The notes below the pieces were generated by a model, which saw only the letters and a program-made list of their open reading frames with translations, was not told the DNA's origin and searched no databases. Both the position numbers and the translations under genes were made by a program. A DNA stretch of 33,007 bases from Alphaproteobacteria bacterium (GTDB taxonomy: Bacteria > Pseudomonadota > Alphaproteobacteria > Rhizobiales > Beijerinckiaceae): assembly GCA_009920595.1 (NCBI GenBank), contig RFZR01000001.1, positions 1 to 33,007 of the forward strand, in the 5' to 3' direction. Shown here in pieces: positions 29,165 to 33,007 of this stretch; the stretch's first letter is position 1, and each line of letters starts with the position of its first letter.

Positions 29165-30100
29165 ATGGCGCATGTGGCAATCATTGGCTCGGGGATCATT
29201 GGGCGCTCATGGGCGATTGTCGCCGCGCGGGCGGGGCTTCACGCCCGCCTCGTGATTCGGCGGGCAGAGGCGCGGGCCGACGTCGCGAAAGCGATTTTGG
29301 CGGCGGTTGAAAATGCGACGCCGATCACGCCGACTGTAGTCGTTGACGAGGTCATGAAGCGCATCACTTTTGTCGCAACGCCGGAAGAGGCAGCAACAGG
29401 CGCTGGATATGTTTTTGAAGCGATCCGCGAAGATGTCGATGAGAAAGCGGCGCTCTTTCGGGTGCTCGAAGGCATCGCGCCTAAAGACGCGATCTTAGCG
29501 AGTTCAACATCAAGTTTTGGCGCGTCACGTTTTGCAAGCGATCTTCAAACGCGTAGCCGCATCCTCGTTGCACATCCTTTGGCGCCACCGCATCTCATTC
29601 CTGCAACGGAGATTGTGCCTGCGCCATTCACTGCGCTTGAAACGGTAGAGACGACGTTTGAGCTTATGCGCGCGCTTGGTCAGAAGCCGCTTCTTGTCAG
29701 GCGTGAGCAACCGGGGTTCGTGATGAACCGGATGCAGGGGGCGCTGCTTCTTGAAATGATGCGCGTTGTTGAAGAGGGACTCATGGAGCCCGAAGATGTC
29801 GATAGCATCATTCGCGATGGCTTCGGCTTGCGTTGGGCCTTTCTCGGCCCCTTTGCCGGGATTGATTTGAATGCACCGGGTGGCATTGCCGATTATTTGA
29901 AGCGCTATGGTTTCATGTTTGAGGATCTCGCCCGCGAGCGCGGCATGAAGACGCCTGCGGTTACACCCTCTGTTGTAGCTGAATTGCATGAGGCTTTGCG
30001 CGCTCATCACCCGCTTTCGGAGCATTCCAACCGTCTCGCGCAGCGTGATCGCCTCATGGCGCGTTTGAGAGCGCTGCGTCGTGATGAAGGGGCCCATTGA
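29165..30100 (+). CDS. 3-hydroxyacyl-CoA dehydrogenase family protein (L-carnitine/L-gulonate 3-dehydrogenase-like)
   Basis: VAIIGSGIIGRSWA is the Rossmann motif. AIREDVDEKAALF, ASSTSS, HPLAPPHLIPATEIV, PGFVMNRMQ and GLRWAFLGPF fit the HADH/lambda-crystallin family. GGGAGG precedes the ATG. Confidence 0.8.
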   Translation: MAHVAIIGSGIIGRSWAIVAARAGLHARLVIRRAEARADVAKAILAAVENATPITPTVVVDEVMKRITFVATPEEAATGAGYVFEAIREDVDEKAALFRVLEGIAPKDAILASSTSSFGASRFASDLQTRSRILVAHPLAPPHLIPATEIVPAPFTALETVETTFELMRALGQKPLLVRREQPGFVMNRMQGALLLEMMRVVEEGLMEPEDVDSIIRDGFGLRWAFLGPFAGIDLNAPGGIADYLKRYGFMFEDLARERGMKTPAVTPSVVAELHEALRAHHPLSEHSNRLAQRDRLMARLRALRRDEGAH

Positions 30101-30183
30101 TTCACGTCAAGGTTGACGGGCTTCTTGTCGCGCTAGGTCATCTCGTAAAGCCCCTGTGAGGGCGAAAAACGGAGTGACCCAAA

Positions 30184-30450
30184 ATGAACCATCGCCATCG
30201 TAAACTTCTACATGCGTTGTTTTCGCATCCATTACCCACCAATCTTGATCGGCATGATGTCGAAACCTTGATGGCAGAAATTGGCGCTACGATTGATCGC
30301 ACGAGTCATAGCCGCTTGATGATCAAACATGCTGGCCACACGGTTTCGCTGCACGCAACAGAACGTGATCTTTCAAAAGATGAGGTGGTTCATCTCAAAA
30401 AATTTGTCGAAGCCTGTGGCATCAATCCGGCGCGTGACTATCCTGTATAG
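30184..30450 (+). CDS. Small HicA-like protein (88 aa), no cognate HicB nearby
   Basis: MN-x-R-x-RK-x-L-x-A-x-F-x-x-P-x-x-x-N...DVE-x-L...GA-x-I...SR...H...K-x-x-V...KF-x-E-x-x-GI-x-P fits my memory of the long-N-terminus HicA_toxin subfamily. GGAG lies 11 nt upstream of the ATG. The family assignment is tentative. Confidence 0.45.
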   Translation: MNHRHRKLLHALFSHPLPTNLDRHDVETLMAEIGATIDRTSHSRLMIKHAGHTVSLHATERDLSKDEVVHLKKFVEACGINPARDYPV

Positions 30451-30468
30451 GGTCAATCCAGGTGAAGC

Positions 30469-30918
30469 TTACACCGGGTAGGCTGTTTCCATTTTAATGC
30501 GTTCCATCGCAAAGCGCGATGTCACGTTTTTAAGCGGCGCGGCAGCGATCAGACGTTTGTAGAACGCATCATAGGCTGCCATATCGGCAACTGTGACGCG
30601 TAAGATATAATCCGTGTCACCAGCCATCCGGTACATTTCCATCACCTCAGGCTGCGCGGTGATGAACTCGGCAAAATTTGTGAGCCATTCAAGCGAATGA
30701 TCGCCGGTTTCAATTGAAACGAGAACAGTCAAACCCAAACCGATTTTTTCAGGTGCAACGAGAGCCACGCGTTTGAGGATCACGCCATCTTGTTCGAGTT
30801 TCTGTACGCGTTTCCAGCAGGGTGTTTGGGAGAGACCTACGCGTGAAGCGAGCTCTTGCACCGACAAATCGGCATTGGCCTGTAGCTCTGTGAGGATTTT
30901 GCGATCAATCGCATCCAT
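30469..30918 (-). CDS. Lrp/AsnC-family transcriptional regulator
   Basis: MDAIDRKILTELQANADLSVQELASRVGLSQTPCWKRVQKLEQDGVI is the canonical Lrp HTH. A RAM/AsnC_trans_reg C-terminal domain follows. ATG at 30918 is preferred over TTG at 30933. Confidence 0.9.
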   Translation of the reverse strand: MDAIDRKILTELQANADLSVQELASRVGLSQTPCWKRVQKLEQDGVILKRVALVAPEKIGLGLTVLVSIETGDHSLEWLTNFAEFITAQPEVMEMYRMAGDTDYILRVTVADMAAYDAFYKRLIAAAPLKNVTSRFAMERIKMETAYPV

Positions 30919-30987
30919 TTTACCGGTTTCCAACGTTCTGAATTTCGAACAGAATTGACGAAGACGTCATAAAAATCAACCATTTTG

Positions 30988-31050
30988 GAGAATAAATTTC
31001 TATAATAATATAAATATTCTCTATTTTTTATCGTTTATAGAAGAAATTAC
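30988..31050. promoter_or_regulatory. AT-rich operator-like segment with nested inverted repeats between lrp-family gene and ssu leader
   Basis: GAGAATA (30988-30994) and TATTCTC (31015-31021) are inverted 7-mers. AATTTCTATA and TATAGAAGAAATT form a second imperfect inverted pair. The local AT content is far above the rest of the window. Confidence 0.3.
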
Positions 31051-31254
31051 TCTTTTTACCGTTCATTTAAAAGAACATTCTTATTGACGGAAAAGCGCTT
31101 TATTGGTCATCTCAGGACATCGGTTCGGTCAAACGGGTCGGTCGCGGGGATTTGAAGCGAGCAGCTTGCACCGCGTCACCAAATGCTAAAGCGCCACGAA
31201 CGCGACGCTCAAAGGGCGAATTCGTGGGCTCCCCAGACGTGAAGGAGATGAGCC

Positions 31255-31278
31255 ATGACGTGTTTGTGTTGTTGGTGA
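31255..31278 (+). promoter_or_regulatory. Candidate Cys-rich leader uORF (MTCLCCW-stop) upstream of ssuA
   Basis: GAAGGAG (31241-31247) lies 7 nt before ATG 31255. The ORF reads ATG ACG TGT TTG TGT TGT TGG TGA, so 3 of 7 codons are Cys. It sits about 160 nt upstream of the ssuA start. Confidence 0.35.
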
Positions 31279-31435
31279 TGAGCACCCGCCGACCGGAGCG
31301 TTTTTAACCGGTAATCAAAAGAACAGTTGCGCTTGAGTGACCGTGCCAAAGCCTTCGGCACGCATGGATCTCTCTGTCTTCTGTTCGACTTTTTTCCACT
31401 CAGTATTGCGTTCGAAAACTCGAAAGATCGATTTC

Positions 31436-32422
31436 ATGACAAAGTTATCTTTATCCTCTCTCTTCCTCTCGCGCCGTAAAGTGCTTGCTGGCATCGTTGC
31501 GGCGTCCACGGCGACGATTGCGCTTGCACCAGCGAGCGTCTTTGCTGGACCGACGGAAGTCCGCATCGGTTATCAAAAGAATGGCGTTCTTTATCTCGCG
31601 AAAGAAACCGGACAGCTTGAAGCCGCGCTCAAGGCCAAAGGCTTAAGCGTGAAATGGGTTGAATTTTCATTCGGCCCGCCGCTGCTTGAAGCTTTAGGCG
31701 CGGGCAGCATTGATTACGGCACAACGGGTGATTCACCGCCGATCTTTGCGCAAGCCGCAGGGGCAAAGATTGTTTATGTGGCTGCGCAGGAAGCTGCCGG
31801 CTCGGGCGCTGCGATTCTTGTGAAAGACGGATCCAACATCAATTCGTTGAATGATCTAAAAGGCAAAAAAGTCGGCTTCGCGAAAGCCTCATCGTCGCAT
31901 AATTTGACGATCGCAGCGCTTGAAAAAGTGGGACTCAAGTATAATGACATCGAGCCCGTCTATTTGGCTCCGGCTGATGGTGCCGCCGCTTTTGCAAAAG
32001 GCGCGGTGGATGCCTGGACGATCTGGGATCCTTTCTTTGCGGTGGCTGAAGCGCAACCGGGCACAAAAGTTTTGGCACCAGCCAAAGGCATCGTGACGCA
32101 AAACTCTTTCTTCCTTGCAAATGCGGATTTTGCAAAAGCCAATCCTGATCTTGTTGCAGCGGTGAATGAAGGTCTTGCATCAACAGCACGATGGGCTGAG
32201 AAAAATCGTGCTGAAGTTACGACAGTGTTCTCTAAGGCCACAGGCATTGCGCCTGACATTCAGCAAAAGGCTGTTGATCGCACGGAGTTCGTGATTCATC
32301 CGCTGCGTGATCCGGTGATTGCCGAACAGCAACGCATCGCGGATCGCTTTCAATCGCTTGGCCTTATCCCGAAGCAGATCAATGTGAAGGACATTGTGTG
32401 GTCGTGGAAACCCGCAAGTTGA
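31436..32422 (+). CDS. ssuA: Aliphatic sulfonate ABC transporter periplasmic substrate-binding protein
   Basis: The Tat-type signal is MTKLSLSSLFLSRRKVLAG...ASVFA/GP. The mature part (RIGYQKNGVLYLAKETGQLE..., DYGTTGDSPPIFAQAAG, GFAKASSSHNL) is typical of SsuA/NMT1-family binders. It lies directly upstream of ssuD. ATG at 31436 is preferred over the 5'-extended GTG at 31337. Confidence 0.85.
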   Translation: MTKLSLSSLFLSRRKVLAGIVAASTATIALAPASVFAGPTEVRIGYQKNGVLYLAKETGQLEAALKAKGLSVKWVEFSFGPPLLEALGAGSIDYGTTGDSPPIFAQAAGAKIVYVAAQEAAGSGAAILVKDGSNINSLNDLKGKKVGFAKASSSHNLTIAALEKVGLKYNDIEPVYLAPADGAAAFAKGAVDAWTIWDPFFAVAEAQPGTKVLAPAKGIVTQNSFFLANADFAKANPDLVAAVNEGLASTARWAEKNRAEVTTVFSKATGIAPDIQQKAVDRTEFVIHPLRDPVIAEQQRIADRFQSLGLIPKQINVKDIVWSWKPAS

Positions 32423-32429
32423 GGTGAGT

Positions 32430-32485
32430 TTCGTGTCGCAGGCTCCGGGGACTTCTCCCCCTTTGCCCGGCGCTTGCGACACGAA
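32430..32485 (+). repeat. Large intercistronic stem-loop between ssuA and ssuD
   Basis: The 14-nt arms TTCGTGTCGCAGGC (32430-32443) and GCTTGCGACACGAA (32472-32485) pair with a single G-U. An apical GGGGA-CTTC-TCCCC hairpin lies at 32447-32460. No U-tract follows. Confidence 0.6.
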
Positions 32486-32531
32486 GACAATTCGATTGAC
32501 CACTCCGGTTTAGAAATCAGCGAGATTTGAA

Positions 32532-33007
32532 ATGACGATTTCATCAAAACCTTTGGACCTCTTTTGGTTTATTCCCGTATCGGGTGATGGTGCTTACCTG
32601 GGTACCGAAAAAGGCCATCGTCCGGCTGAATTTTCTTACTTGAAACAAATCGCACAAGCTGCTGATCGTTTGGGTTTCAAAGGTGTGCTGATCCCTACGG
32701 GTCGGGGCTGTGATGATCCGTTCATCACCGCATCAGCCTTGGCTGCGCATACCGAGCAATTGAAGTTTCTCGTGGCCTTGCGGCCCGGCGTGGCTTCGCC
32801 ATCTTATTTTGCGCGTCAAGCGGCAGCGCTCGATCGTATTTCAAATGGGCGTTATCTCGTCAATATTGTGACCGGCGGTAATCCGTCGGAGCTTGCTGGT
32901 GATGGAATCTTTTTATCGCATGATGAGCGCTATGCACACACCGCGGAATTCTTGACAGTCTATAATCGCTTGTTGCGCGGTGAGACGGTTGATTTCGAAG
33001 GCCGCTA
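32532..33007 (+). CDS. ssuD: FMNH2-dependent alkanesulfonate monooxygenase, 5' partial (runs off the window)
   Basis: My translation from ATG 32532 reads [89 protein letters not shown], which matches conserved SsuD N-terminal blocks. The ORF is absent from the track because it is open-ended. Confidence 0.9.
   Translation, partial: MTISSKPLDLFWFIPVSGDGAYLGTEKGHRPAEFSYLKQIAQAADRLGFKGVLIPTGRGCDDPFITASALAAHTEQLKFLVALRPGVASPSYFARQAAALDRISNGRYLVNIVTGGNPSELAGDGIFLSHDERYAHTAEFLTVYNRLLRGETVDFEGR

Noticed and set aside
31084-31112. Promoter TTGACG-N17-TCATCT for the ssu leader.
   Set aside because: The -35 is good, but the -10 matches the consensus at only two positions. It is too weak to report as a feature without TSS data.
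31143-31195. Possible SAM-II-like riboswitch (GGATTTGAAGC...AGCTTGCA...CTAAAGCGC).
   Set aside because: The short strings GAUUU, GCUUGCA and AAAGC recall my memory of the SAM-II consensus. I cannot reproduce the full pseudoknot pairing from the sequence. SAM-II normally precedes met genes, not ssu. I kept it only as a check (cmscan) under the structured-leader finding.
31248-31307. Alternative 19-codon uORF MSHDVFVLLVMSTRRPERF in the ssu leader, and another at 31183-31242 (MLKRHERDAQRANSWAPQT).
   Set aside because: The first ATG directly abuts the GAAGGAG, so the spacing is 0 nt and too short for initiation. The second has no SD at all. Neither has a composition that suggests a sensing function.

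Overview
This 33-kb chromosomal segment looks alphaproteobacterial: moderate GC by eye, a Tat-type SsuA signal peptide and CTATAT-like -10 boxes. The taxon cannot be proven from the window alone.

Contents from left to right:
- 47-3833: three tandem paralogous Kv-like 6TM voltage-sensor/pore genes whose selectivity filters diverge stepwise (SVGYGD, TSGYGN, ISGWGN). The decayed voltage-sensor remnant of a fourth copy precedes them.
- 3936-5426: an FGGY-family sugar kinase.
- 5449-29046: a glycan-biosynthesis island of about 23.6 kb. It encodes a TviB/WbpO-type UDP-HexNAc dehydrogenase and WbpB/WbpD/WbpE-type enzymes for a 2,3-diacetamido uronic acid. It also holds two SDR epimerases, a second DegT aminotransferase, two AsnB/WbpS-like amidotransferases, a SAM methyltransferase and a Maa-like O-acetyltransferase. 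The remaining genes are three GT4 glycosyltransferases plus a CgeB-like one, a fused TMD-NBD ABC exporter, DUF218, DUF2334 and an uncharacterised 906-aa secreted protein. No Wzx/Wzy/Wzz/OPX, Wzm/Wzt or priming transferase is recognisable.
- 29165-30918: a 3-hydroxyacyl-CoA-dehydrogenase-family gene, an orphan HicA-like ORF and an Lrp/AsnC regulator.
- 30934-33007: a leader/operator region of about 500 bp containing a 7-codon Cys-rich uORF, then ssuA, a large intercistronic hairpin and the 5' part of ssuD.

I saw no rRNA, tRNA, CRISPR array, IS element or integrase. All family assignments rest on motif recognition from the translations, and no database search was possible.
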